A DNA stretch of 64,000 nucleotides, from contig MU619308.1 of assembly GCA_025201805.1 (NCBI GenBank), positions 70,443-134,442 on the forward strand, given 5' to 3'. Every line of letters begins with the position of its first letter. The first letter of the stretch is position 1. A program made the translations under genes and the position numbers. Shown here piece after piece: positions 34,868-47,830 of this stretch. The notes under the pieces were generated by a model that was not told the origin of the DNA, made no database searches, and worked only from the letters and a program-made list of their open reading frames with translations. The DNA is from Parasitella parasitica NRRL 2501 (Eukaryota; Fungi; Mucoromycota).

Positions 34868-37800
34868 TTATACAAAGGGAGCCCAACCTAAAAAAAAGCC
34901 GTTTATATAAGTATACAATCATATTCTTAGAAATGTCACATACCTGGAAACATTTGAGCCAAATTGTTGTTATCCGTGGCTTGCTTGATCAACCTTGAAA
35001 CTTCTTTATTGATCTCTTCAGGTTTAGTTGCAAACTTATGTTGCAGTACTTTGAGAATTTTATCAGTTCCTTTTTGACTACTGCGAAGAGACAGTCGAGG
35101 AGTAACAACTTCGGTAGCTTCCAGCTCATTCAGTAAGGTTTGGAATACACTGAGCAGCGAGTCTTTGTTTAACAGCAACACCCTCAGTGTAGTCTCACAT
35201 GTAGCCTGAAATAGCCCGCGCGTGCCAAGCACACCCATGGCGTGAACCAGATTCTGTGTGAGGCGGAATGGTACCAATTCAGGAACCGGTAGCTGTGTTC
35301 CTTTACCAAATAGTAGATTCAAATCTACATGAACAACATCGCCATTTGTTTCGTCAAACATGATATTTTCTGCATGTCGATCCCCAAGGCTACAAAACAA
35401 AAGACCTAAGTACGACGACATTTATCAGTGGTCAAAGTTGCGTGCCTACCCAACCATGTGTCCTACAATAGACATGACAGCTAGAGTTTTGATATATCTT
35501 GTTCGACTATTCAACCATTGATTGGGCTCTGGAAAGTTTTTCAGGAACCATTTATAGAACTCGGGCGGGCAGCTATATTTGAATGAATAATGAAAGTGGT
35601 ATGAATAACAGTTATTGGAAAACTTACACAGGAAGGATTCTTTCAACAAAAAACTTTGTTTTTTCGACACCAAGGCCAAGCTTTTGAGCGTTCAGTTTTT
35701 GAGCGATAGCCTAAATGCAGCCTGTTAAAATCAGGCGCTAAAATGCTCTCCATCTCACAACTTACGGTAACGGAATGTTTGCCACTGGCTTCCCAATAAT
35801 CACTCACAATGGCCTTCAAAGGATTCAAATTATCAATCCATTCGATCAATCCCCATCTAGTACCCATCGGCAAAATAGAAAAAGTACGAATATCTAGTTG
35901 ATGCGTTAAAATAAAAATGAAAAACCTCCCCCCCCCCCAAAGAAACACGACAGAAGCTTACATAAATCGTTATCCCGAGATTTAGGATTTTTGCGAAGGA
36001 AGTAGTTGATCATATAAAAGAATTCCATAGTCCGTGCATCATTTCTCAGATCGTCCTCTTTCTTCAACAGAAAACTATACGTCTTGCCATCAGAACCCAT
36101 AGCCTTGATTCTCTTTGGCTTCTGAAGCGATCTCATCACAGTTACTTTACTCTCAAAGTCTATATTGGATGAAATCAGTCTCAAGTTTTTGTCTCAAATG
36201 GGTGAAATTTAACTTACATTTGATAGTCGGTAAGTCAGTAGGGAATGGTCTAAGTGCGGTGTCGTTCTTTTTTATATGACCAGGCAATGTAGGCAGCATA
36301 CTGGCTTCGTTGGGCATGTACAAATTGAGATCCTGCAAATCGGAAAATGGGTTTCTATAGCCTGAATGATTTAAATCAACAGATTCTCCTCCCTTTTCAT
36401 TGTCAACGGGGGTCTTTAACAGCTCTAAAAGGGCCTCTTTAACAGCAGTTGCTTGCTATATATAGCCGGTTAGCGTTGCTTACATTCACAAGGTCCGATT
36501 CTACAAACTTACCAAAATGATCTCTATAATCTGATTATCAGGACTTTGTGCCTATAGTTCAAGTCGAGCTAAGTATCTGGTTGACGTTCAAAGGCGAATA
36601 AAGATGCGTTACCTTTGCTAAATCAAAGATTGTGTTCATTCTTTTGGCAACAAACGGAGAGTCGGAGCCCAAGGCGCCTAGCGTGAGCCAAATGGTATTG
36701 CGAGGATAGGCAACAAAGCAGTTTTTAATAATGTTTTGTAAACAGGTCGCAATCTGCTCATTATCAGTGGATAAGTGAGAAATCAACCTTGTCAAGAACA
36801 AAGTAAACTATTATATGTTGGTATCAAACGTTTAGACCCATGTTTGGTTTTTGATAATTACTTGGAATGGCTGAATGAGGTCTGGCACTTTGGCCATTAG
36901 GTCATTGATCTTGTTCATGTGCGCCATCACTTTCTTGTTAAGTTCTGTTCCACTAGATGGAAACTTGTTTAATTACTTCTCCCCTGTTTTTTTTTGTGAA
37001 TTAGAATTACGTACGGTTGTTTTGCTGCTTCTTTTGCCTGTTTTTCCATATCGAAATAGGTATTGAACAATCTTGACATTGAGCTGTAATAGTATTTAGA
37101 CCCATGCTCAAGAGCCTTGGATGAGGTTTTAATGATATATTCTTGAACCATCAATCTAAAGACAAATCAGTAATGTTTAATAGCCAAGGTAATATCTCTC
37201 GGATGTTACTTGTTTTCAGTAAGAGGCGCAGAACGAGGAAATCGAAGCAGATAGTAAGTCGAGCAATTGTGATTAGCCTTCTCAAGCCTGTATCAACTAG
37301 AGTTGAGTATCGTAGCATGTAGCATCGACGCTTCACCCGCTCTACTTACTTTTCAGGATCAGATCTCAAACAAGAATGGAAGAGCTGTCGAGTCGTCGCA
37401 GCATCAAAGGAATTCGGGTGTTGAATGAAGATGTCAGAAAGTAGCAAAGCATCCTAAAAGATACGTTAGGCTGCTAGTGTATATATTATAGAATAGTTGT
37501 AACCCCACCTTTGAATTAAACGTAGAGCCCTGATTGTGGTACTTTAGGAGCTTAATAGCTTCATTCACAGACCCTTTCTTCCAATACCATTTTGCCATGT
37601 CATAATACAATTCACGACCGCACAGGTGCTCAGCATGCTTTAATGCGTTCAATGATGCCACCATATTACCCATCTTACGGTTTTCTTTCGCAAGACTTAA
37701 CCACAAGTTGGATTCCATCAGTTTTACCCTTTCAGAATTCCTGCATAAACAAGCCATTAGTGCCTCTTGTGTCATTGGTGGCCAATTAACAAAGTTACCT

Positions 37801-40800
37801 AATATCAAAGAAAGCGGCTTTTCGTAACTCCAGCAAGTTTAGTCTGTATTGTGAGCGAGGCATAATACGTTTGAGGCTCTCATCCCATCTAGCTTCGAAA
37901 TTCTTCATTTCTTCGACCGGAGCTGTCGCATTCCAGACTTGCTGAGAGTTCTCCAGCTCTTCAAGAAGCTGTAGATTGAACAGTTGTGGGTATGATTTAC
38001 GGTATGAGCGAGTACTGTTCATGGTTATCTGGCTTGTCAGGTTCATTCTGGCCTCGCCAATCGTTCTAGTCAGCTCGACAGGAATGTTGTTTCTCATCTG
38101 ATGCAGTGCGCAGCCAACCAATGCTTGTGCATTCCGCTCCATTGGAAGATGAACACCTCTGTCGAGAGCTTTCCAATCTTGAACTCTCCAGGCAGCATCA
38201 ATTCTAAATGAATTAATTTGAGGCTGCCACAGAGGAACATCGGCAAGCTTGTTTTCAACCTCATAAAGCAGTGAACCTGCAGTGATAATAAAAGCATGAG
38301 CTCTATGCTATGAATCAAAAAGAAGAAGGCTTACCGAATCGATTTGACTTGGTCAAACATTCAAGGTAACCGGTGTACGCGGACAAATCTGACGGACTGT
38401 CCAGTATCTTGCTCTTGTAAAGCGTCTCTGCATAATCCCATTCGCCCAAGTTCACATGCTGAGCTATCTGTTCATCACGATTCGTCACTACAGTATAGGT
38501 GTCCATCAAAGCCTTATAGTCAATAGGATCATCGATTTCAATGTATATTTGACGGAGGTAGTTCATGATGTCCTGGTCTTTAAAGGCATTGTTGCAGTGC
38601 TCCTTCAAATACGTTTCAAAATGCATTAATGCTTGAGGATATGCTTTGGCATTGAACGCAGCGATGCCCATATCCTTATCAGGGATTTGCCTTAAAAAGC
38701 CATTGACACGCTGAACTACACTGGTCAGAGTGAGGTCGTTAGGGCTAACACGGTTCAGCCATTTACGACAATACTCGGTTACAGCTACAGCCACTTGAAG
38801 AGAGTATCTGTTCATTTGGATTTTTTCAATATCCTCTGTTGGCCTTGCGTTCATATCCAGTACAGATTGAAGCTCATCGATAATAGCGCGAGAATCATCG
38901 CCACTGCCCGACAAAATGGTGTGTAGAACAAGATAAGGCAGCAGATGGAGAGCTACCTCCATCATATCATATTGAACCATAGGAAGGCACGCCGAAAAAA
39001 TCCTGCCTGCAGCGCCAATTGCTCCTTTTGTCATTCGACAATACCAGTTTTTGATCCACTCCTTGAAGCTGTGGGAGTTGACAAAAATGGGGTATTCTAT
39101 ATGTATTTCAGGCCATGCCACTTGGTACGCCGACTCTAGAAAGGGCGCCAAAAACTCTTGAATGTGCCTAGGGTGGCGTCTCCAGTGGTTGTAAGCTTTG
39201 ACAAAGATATCATTAGTCTTCATTTCGGGGATCGTGCGATATCCAGCAATGTGCACCAGCGTCTGTATCGAGTACTCAATGCTATGACGGGTAGATTCGT
39301 CCACAATAGCATTGTACGACGGAAAGATGTGATTTATGATCAGATCGCAGATATAGTTCAAGTTCTCGTCATCGTTGTTGAAGTTTCGCATGACGAAGAC
39401 TGTCTGGTCAATAACATCCATCTTTATCAGCCCAGGGTTTGCAGCGCCTAGTTTGCCCAAACATATTGCAGCATAGTAAGAGATCATCTCGTGTGTGTTG
39501 TATTTTCGAAGAAGGTTAAACAAGTTGGCATACAGCTTGTCCACCAAATATCGACACCCAGGGTGGTTCATCAGTATCTTGTATAGTTTTTCCAGACTTG
39601 TTAAAACTTGGACACTGTCGAAGCTGGAAAAATCTTGGATGATTCTTCGAATGTCATTCTTGACTTTGGATTTTTGATGCTCAAGGACATACTTTTTAAC
39701 AGCGGTAAGCTCCTCAAAATCCAGCAGTACAGGCAGGTTGGAGTAGTGCTCCTCGGTTAGGCCAGCCCCATGTATCAGTAAGCTTTCCAAGACATGAGCC
39801 ACTTCTAAACGGACATCGCCAGGACTGACAACAAGGATATTGGACAGGCCTTTTACAATAGGATTGATGTACACAGCAATCGCATTCTGGTCTATTAATT
39901 CGATATACGCTTTCCATAACGAGAGGGAGTCTATTTGCATCTCTGGTAATTCTGTAACAGTGTTAAAGATCTTCATCAGCTGCATAAAAAAAGAAAGACG
40001 TTAGCCAAGTGCTGGTGTACTTGCTTCTGCAATACTTGCATGGAGATTATGATTGTTAATGTTTGATTCCAATAATCGCATTATGGTTTTTAAAGATTCG
40101 AGGGCATACGGATATTGGACTTCAAGAGTTTGGTTTCTCTTTTGAGTTATGTAGCTGGATATCTTTTCAGAGATTGCCATGATCAATGACGATATGTAAT
40201 CACCAAGAACTGAATTCTTCCCCCGAACAATATCCTTCAATTCCATGACAGCTTTGTAATACTGTCTACTCTGCTCAGGATGACCCAGATTCATGGCCAA
40301 GCTAGCCATTAGTCTAGTATGGTTACTTGTTATGAGCTTTTTGAGGCCGTCCTTCTCCTGCAATATGTTTTCCAGCCGCTTGATGCTAATGTTCTTTGTC
40401 TCTGCGTCCTGCTCCAATAAAAGAGCAAGTGTGATATGGTGCGCTTCATTCTTACACAAATCCACCGTTGGTTTGTCAAAAGCGCAGGAGATTCCCATTA
40501 TCGCGTCTTCACTTTGGTCGTAAAGGATGGCGAAGGGCATCGCAAAGTGGATGTATTTTTGTAAAAAGTTAGGTATCGTGTAACCGATCAAGTCTACAAT
40601 GCCCTCTGCAAGATCAGGGTCTTTGAAAAGCGCCTGTGTGACATACTCAGTCAGTTCTTTCATGTACAGCTGACATATAGTTTCCCCAGGAGTGTTGTCA
40701 GTGTAAATGCATATGCATTTGAGCTTAAAATGAGAGAGTCAGTATACAATATGTAGTAGGCGTGTGTATGCATACTTGACTCAACAATGGAAGACTGTTT

Positions 40801-42131
40801 TCATCGCCCAGATCGAGAGATACCAAGTTATGAATTATATCTTTGGCTGTGGAGTAATGTTGAGTAAATACAGGCGTCATATCTCGAGTATATGTCAGAT
40901 CATTATCTAAATAGGATGTTGATTGTAGAATTGAAATGTTTTCTTTTAATAACGCAATCTCTGGGCTGTCATAATGCTTGGAGGTGTAGTCAATCAACCA
41001 AGGGGTCGGTGTCTTATTTCGAGCCAGCAAATACGATATCTCAAACATTGCTTTTACCTGCATTGACCCGAGTTTAAGTTAGCTAGAAAATACGGTTTTC
41101 AAAATAGATGGCTCATACCAAACCTTCGCTGACAGAGTTTACCAAGTTCGTCGCCAATATATTTGCATATTCTGCCAGATCGGAGCAGTATATCATATCT
41201 AATTGAGGAACAGCTACGCAGATCTGAGAGATGCCATCAGCAATGAACTTCAATAAATCATTGCTGACTTCACGATGAACGGCTAAAGCAGTCAAGGATG
41301 TAAGCAATGCTAGGATCTCATTGTCATCAGCAACTACAAGTTTGGCTACGAGTAATCGTGTGCCTATTCTGACCATGTTCTGGGACACACTGCAGTTAGA
41401 TCAATTGTTGTAGGACTCTTCATAAAACTTAACTTACGGTAATGATCATCGAGGTCATTGTGTTTAAATCAGTAGACAAATGAGCCAAGAATTCAGGGAT
41501 GACTGTCCATAAAAGATAGCAAAATGAATCAAATTCGACACCATCCTCCAATTCAATCATTAAACAGCAGGCATAACTTGTAATGGCTATAATATTCACA
41601 GTATCTTGCGTCTTTAAGTCAACATTGAGAGTAGACTTAATAGAATCCAATTAGAATAAATTTTGGTTATTACGCGAAATGTATAAAATTTACCTTGTTG
41701 TCTTTATCATAAAAGTATGATTGAAATGTCTCTAGTAAACTGCATTAGCAACGTTCTCTCTATTTTTGTTCCCTGATGCTCTCAATTACCGACAAGTAAA
41801 TGCGCAGTGTCACGAAAGATAGGGTTATCGTCGACCATTTGTTGTTCTACGAGGTATTTGAATAAACTGCATAGCATTTCTCCATAAACCGTGGGATGGT
41901 TTTGGGTCGATGGGTAATGGACTGCGTGGAGAAGAATAGGCTGAACAAGACCAGCACAGAATTCAGGTGAAATTTGTGCCTTGAGGGACTCCTTCAGTAA
42001 ACTTTGAATTTCTATATACATGCAAATCAGGTTGGACGCAAGTATTTGAAAGTTTGATACTTTGATTTACCTTGGATGGACTTCCACTCTTGTAAGCTGT
42101 TTTCAAAGAATCCTTCGACATTATCATTCAT
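34868..42131 (-). CDS. ATR: ATR/Mec1/Rad3 phosphatidylinositol-3-kinase-related checkpoint kinase (HEAT/UME, FAT, kinase, FATC); highly spliced
   Basis: SLQKPKRI..GSDGKTY.FLLK.EDDLRNDARTMEF; GLIEWI; WFLKNFPEPNQWLNSRTRY..TLAVMSIVGHMVGLGDRHAENIMFD..HVDLN..PELVPFRLTQN; FATC LAQMFPGWAPFV*. FAT region: AKAYPQALMHFETYL. Confidence 0.93.
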
Positions 42132-42989
42132 GTTAAATTACAAAAAGAGAGACAGAAACGCGGTACATGAACTTTTTCAATTCTGTGTTGTAAGGGCGAC
42201 TTGGCGCGATATGATGATTTTGTTTTGGTTGTTCTCCTTGCTTCCGCAAGGTAGACTTGATTTTCTATACTGGCTTGAGTAAAACTCGAGTAGACAGTTC
42301 TATTTTACTGAAACAAAGGTTAAATCCATCTGATGTCCCTCTCGGTGAAAAACGAAACATCATTCTATTCATGGCGGGGAGGGGGGGAAGGGTAAATTTT
42401 TGTTATGTTACACTAACATGTTGCCCTATCAATGTTTTACTGTATAGAAACCCTTTGTTTGATGCATGATAATGTCTCTCAGAGTTAAGAATATTTTATT
42501 GAATTTAAAACCAAGGATAAAGGATGGTCCCTTTGATACCTTTGTGGTTTAAAGTACATTTATTTTGGCTTATTTTTTGTCAAAGCTATTTGGCTTTGCC
42601 CAAAAGAATTATAATGAGAAATAAAACGTCTTGCTTCGTTACATGAAATAGTTTTATGAGTTCAAAAGTTATTCCGCACTAGTCCAGATCACATTATTCT
42701 AACAAAAGTATTATTGCGACTTGAGATACCTTTATTTTTCAGCTTTTACCATTGTCTTCTATCAAGGACTTGTATTGATGTGAAAAGCCAGCGCATCAAG
42801 GAGATGAAAAGACGTTTCAAACAAACAAATAAATGTTTATTTCACATTATTTTTACTCAATAAACAACAGTTCTTCCTTGTCCAAATTATTGCTGTACTG
42901 CCGTATGTAGTATTTTAATATTAGTTGCTTTTGTGTCCCAAAGCCTTTAGTTGAATAAACTAGTAATAATACAAGTAATTTTCATTCCT

Positions 42990-43421
42990 GATCTGCCATA
43001 ATGTAGGATAGGAGATCATGATAGTGTACTTCAATTAAAGATTGGAGATTGTCCAATGATGTGTTGTTATACTTGTCGAAACAGGAGAATAAAGTCTTTG
43101 TTTCAAATCAGGAAGGTTATCCGTAACACAGATCTGTATGATTGACAAACAATAAGGTACTGTCAGATCAAAGATCAATAGCCTTGTAGTATAATAATAC
43201 ATCGTACCCTGTTAAGGATATGATGTTGCTTGCAAATTATTCTTATCGATTAGTATCGACTAGTATTTTAAATAAGTCACCAAAAATTTATGTTGTTGTA
43301 AAAAGTATAAATAGCAGATGCAAAGTTGAATCTTTAATAAAGTAATCTCAAGTTTTCGTATCTCGTTAATTCAACGTTTTATTTAATACTTTTCTTATTT
43401 CGATCTTGCAGATCTCAACAA
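42990..43421 (+). repeat. Dispersed ~430-bp repeat module A, copy 1
   Basis: Runs from gatctgccataatgtaggataggagatcatg to gcagatctcaacaa; highly similar to 62251-62690 (direct) and 58953-59384 (inverted). Confidence 0.9.
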
Positions 43422-43639
43422 TTCCTACGTCGCTGAGCCATAACCACATTATACAAGGATTGATTCTAATCAATATTGATATATGGGAATAGTAAAATCT
43501 TGTTGTTACTACAAGTTATTTAACCCTAATATGTGAGATATGAAAACCGTTGTTTTCCGTAGATGAATTTATAGTGCATATTGATTTTTTCATGCATAGA
43601 AGCATATTTATTCGATTGCAGTGATTTTACCTTACGTTT

Positions 43640-44360
43640 TTCATGTTTGGTTACGGTTCTACGGCTCATTTAGCAGAGGTTATGACCAAATCAATTAATA
43701 ATTATGAAAATGAAAACTGTTTTGCAGATAACTTTTGATGAACACATCGCCCAGTGGAAACCTAATTTTGCTCAGATAGCGACAATCATTCCTGTTTTTG
43801 TAAAGCATGAGACAGTGCTTTTTGTCGCAGCCTATCAGCGATCATATGCAGTTTCCACATGGTTTTGGCTGACAACTTTATGAGTATAAATAAAGCATGA
43901 ATAACAATGTTGTCGCCAGATAGCGCAAAGCCAATGCTAAGTTTTCCAAGTTAAATCTCGGTTCTGCGGCCATTTTAGCAGAATTTATGAGCAAACATCT
44001 GATATGTATGATAAATATTGAAAAATAAAACTGTTTTTGCAGATAACTTTGGATAGACACATTACTCAGTGGAAATCAAGTTATGCTCAGTTAGCGATGG
44101 TCTTGCCTGGTTTACTGGTGCATAAGATAGGCTTTATTTCTGTCTTTACCGAAGCCTATCGGCGATTATATGCAATTTTGATATGCGAATTTTTGTTATC
44201 AACTGACAATCGTATAGATATCAATAAAAACATAAGTGCAAATGTTAATGCCAGATAGTGCCAATTCAAGGCTAAGTTTTCCAGCTTAGACCGCGGTTTT
44301 ACGATGAATTTAGCAGAAGTTATGAGCAAATATCTGATATTTACAATAAATGACGAAAAA
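43640..44360 (+). repeat. ~335-bp tandem repeat module B, about two degenerate units
   Basis: Recurring aactgtttttgcagataactttgga..gcccagtggaaa..ttatgctcagatagcga and ccagatag..gctaagttttcca..ttagcagaagttatgagcaaa; same family as 60480-61280. Confidence 0.88.
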
Positions 44361-45291
44361 AAAATTATTCTAATTTATTGATTTATCAGAATAAAAATTA
44401 ATTGAGTAAATTAATCAGGGAACTAAACTATTTATCATATGAAAAACATGACGGTTATATACTAATGAAATCAAGTAAAATAATGGGAGGAGGATAAGAT
44501 GTAAGTGTGAGACATGGTGGTGTAATTTAAAGAATGGGACGATAGCTAATCCTATTTAGGGTCCATGAACATTTTGTCATTTTCTGTTAAAAATATGTAC
44601 GTAACATATGTATCCTCCCGTTGAATACAACTTGATCAATAAAAAAAGCAGCGTAAAAATTTCAACAGATATTATCGACATTTGACGCTTTTCAAGTTGT
44701 AATGTTTTGCGTAAGTATAATTTTGATTGTGGCAAAATTAATGTTTCTTCGGAATGCGTCTTTGGTAGCGTACAGATAAAGGTAAAAGGTACGTACGCAA
44801 AGCTACAATCACAATTGCTTAAGCTTTTTTACCCTGTTATAAATATGACAAGAGCATTTTGTTGTGCTTGATCCTTGGATATATTATGATATCCATACCT
44901 GCATTTGTATCTTGAATTGCTTCTCAATTGAAACCTTTTACTGTCGGTTCTGCCTACAACGTACTAATAACGAAGTTGGGCATAATCAAAAATGTTAGTC
45001 AGATCACCAGTGTTTGAATAAGCTTTACAAAGATACGGTATTATGGAAATGTGATTTGTATTTAGAACATGGCATTATATAACTCCATAATTTAATCTCA
45101 TGTTCTCAGCTTAATTGAAAGGGATTACGTACACAATGCCGTGTATGTACTAAGAAAATGTGTATTACGACATGAGGAATGATCAGTTGCATAAAAGTAA
45201 TAGTATAAGTGTAAGCGTAAACTTTATGTACACAAATTTTCTTATTTAGATCACATATGTTATACGCTAGCCGTTGTAGAGTTGTAACAAG

Positions 45292-47640
45292 TTATAATGG
45301 GGATTTAGAAAATACGTGCAATACGCGGCTATATATAGACAATGATGAAGGCTTTTTCTTTTGCCTTTTTGCAGTTACTGCTGATATTGACGCTGTGGGT
45401 TCTGATTTAACTTGTAATAATATGTCATCCACAATCGCATCCGTCATTGAAACAACACCTGTTGTACTATGTCGCCTAGTCCTTGTTTTCCCCGAGTCAT
45501 TAGTGCAATTCCTTTTCAAGTGCAAGTTCTCCTGTTTAAATTCTTCTAGCTCTACTTTAAGCGACACCATTTTCTCGATTAAAGACATTTGTCCTTCGTT
45601 GACCATGTTGAATTTGCTCTGAGTTAGCTCCAGATCTTGGTTCAGTTTCACACATTGCTGTTCTAGCTCGAAATTTTTTATTTTCGCATGAACCAGTTCT
45701 TTATCGTGTTGTTGGTTTGAATAAAAGAAGGTTAAGCTTGTAGCAGGAGTCATTGTATTTTCATCATCATCTGTGTAGACAGTGGAGGTGGAGTTCTTTC
45801 GGCTGGTTCTATTGCTGTTGCTGGAAATGTACGACGTAGATCGAAGCATGACAGGACTGTCGCATTGGCATTGCCTTTTTTTTTGCTGTTGTTGTTCAAA
45901 TGAACTTCGACATTTCTCAAGCTCTACAATTGTTAGCTTCAGTGCATCTCGTTCACATTCTAGATCTTGCTTATCGTTTTCTATTTCATCCAATTTAGCA
46001 AGTGTTTCGCGATGTATTGCTTTTAAATCCTGTAATTCGGTTAACAGCAGATCTGTCGTTGCTGATGGAGACACAGGCGGTTTGCTATAAGACCAATCTC
46101 GAGGCGATGAAACAGAAGACCACCTCTTTTTAACTATGGGCGGTTTGGCTGCCTCGACATTTGCGGCTGATGTTGTACTACAGCTACCTGCTACACTCGC
46201 TGATCGGTGAAATTCAGGTTTGCAGGCGGTATTGCGCTGCTGCTTTCTTCTCTTCCAAAAGCTAGTTTTGCTATTGGTTGTCGATATAACTTGCGGTGTC
46301 TGTTGCAGCGCAAGCTGTTCCTCTTCAGACATCATTGTATATTTATTTGTCAGCATATCCATCTTTTCTCTTGTGATCATGTCAGACAGAGCCATAGCAT
46401 CACGTATGACATGGCCATAGTTGTTCATGTAAGGCTCATACAGCTTCTTCGAGGTGATAAAGTCCAGTATATCTTCAAATTCAGAGTTGACTTGATACAG
46501 AATTGTGTCTTCAGAATGCTTCAGCATGGCAATAGCTACACGCATGATGGTTTCTGCAGCCCCTTCTGCAAATATTATGTCATAAATCCGTTCTATCAGC
46601 GGGATCGGGAATGTATAGGCAAACAATGTCAAAAACCACTGAGATGCATACATGGCAGGATGAATAGCAAGAGTGTTTAAATAATGCGCCAGCTTTGGTA
46701 CAATTTCATTCAGTAGACTAGAAAACTGATACAGGCGCAGCTGCAAACCTTCCATGTTTAGTGTAAACATAGATCTCATTTCGTACGTCTCCATTAGTCT
46801 GCAGAATTGACTTGTGAGCATTTTGTGATTTTAGACAGATAATGCATTATTTTCTATACCTGACAAATACACAGAATGATTGGGTTTCAGGTATCTGCAG
46901 ATTTTGAATGGATTTTAGCAAATGTGTAGATCGTTGTTTACAGATGTCACAACTTACGTTCATCAATAAAGGACCAACTAAAAAGCCCAAGCCTTGACAG
47001 TATCCCACATTTGGGTCGTATAAGCTGTAAGCTTCCAAAATACGCTTCATTTGGCTCTGGCCTTGCCCATTCTCCTGCTTGAACATGTCGATGCGAGGAA
47101 ATGTCCTTGCAAGGTCTCTTTGAATAATTCTTTCATGAGGAGATTTCTCTTTGCAGAGCTGTTCATAGACTGTTTCCAAATGCAATGAAGCAGATTTGGA
47201 CATGGCTTGCCACATCAAGCCTCGCACTCTTGTTGGAATGCCAGATCTCAGCTTCAGGGATAGTAGATGCGGCAATCTTAATGCAACCTGGTCTGAATCC
47301 TGGATGACAGCTTCCCAGAATCCCCAATCGATTTCTTCCTCGTCGTCATCATCATGCACTTTTACTAACTTTTGAACAGTAGAAAAGTGTGCCTTTAATT
47401 GGTTTGACTGAATGCAAATTGATTTAGGGTCTTTTTCTAACAAAACATTTTGCCTCTCAATCTGCGCCAATATGAATGCTGTGGAATCCTACGAAAAACA
47501 TAATTTGTAATTTAGTATTATTGTTCAAGGGGGAAAGGTGTCTTATTGTGTACCTGTGGCGGCAATAATGCATTTTCTTTTTGAAGTCTGAGAAACAACC
47601 CATCTTCATTATCATCCTGCAAAGATACAATATCGTTCAT
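45292..47640 (-). CDS. Rab GTPase-activating protein, TBC domain plus coiled coil (EVI5/Gyp5-like)
   Basis: GIPTRVRGLMWQ, IQRDLARTFP (R finger), VGYCQGLGF (Q finger), MYASQWFLTLFAY; C-terminal coiled coils; about three introns. Confidence 0.9.
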
Positions 47641-47830
47641 TCTAATTTTATCTATTTGGTAGACTAAAGAGAAAGAAGAAAAAAAAAAGAGTTTTATGTT
47701 AATTTGATTTATTTATTTAACAAAAGAGTAATTGAGAGTTCAAAAATGCAAGGGGTTCTTTTTATTTTTTGCTAGTTAGGGGAATAAGAGGGGAGGATGT
47801 TACTATACACAAATGAGAAAAAATGTACTT

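Noticed and set aside
43878-44258. Similar short ORFs here and at 60517-60714
   Set aside because: The similarity comes from repeat module B; frames are not preserved between units.
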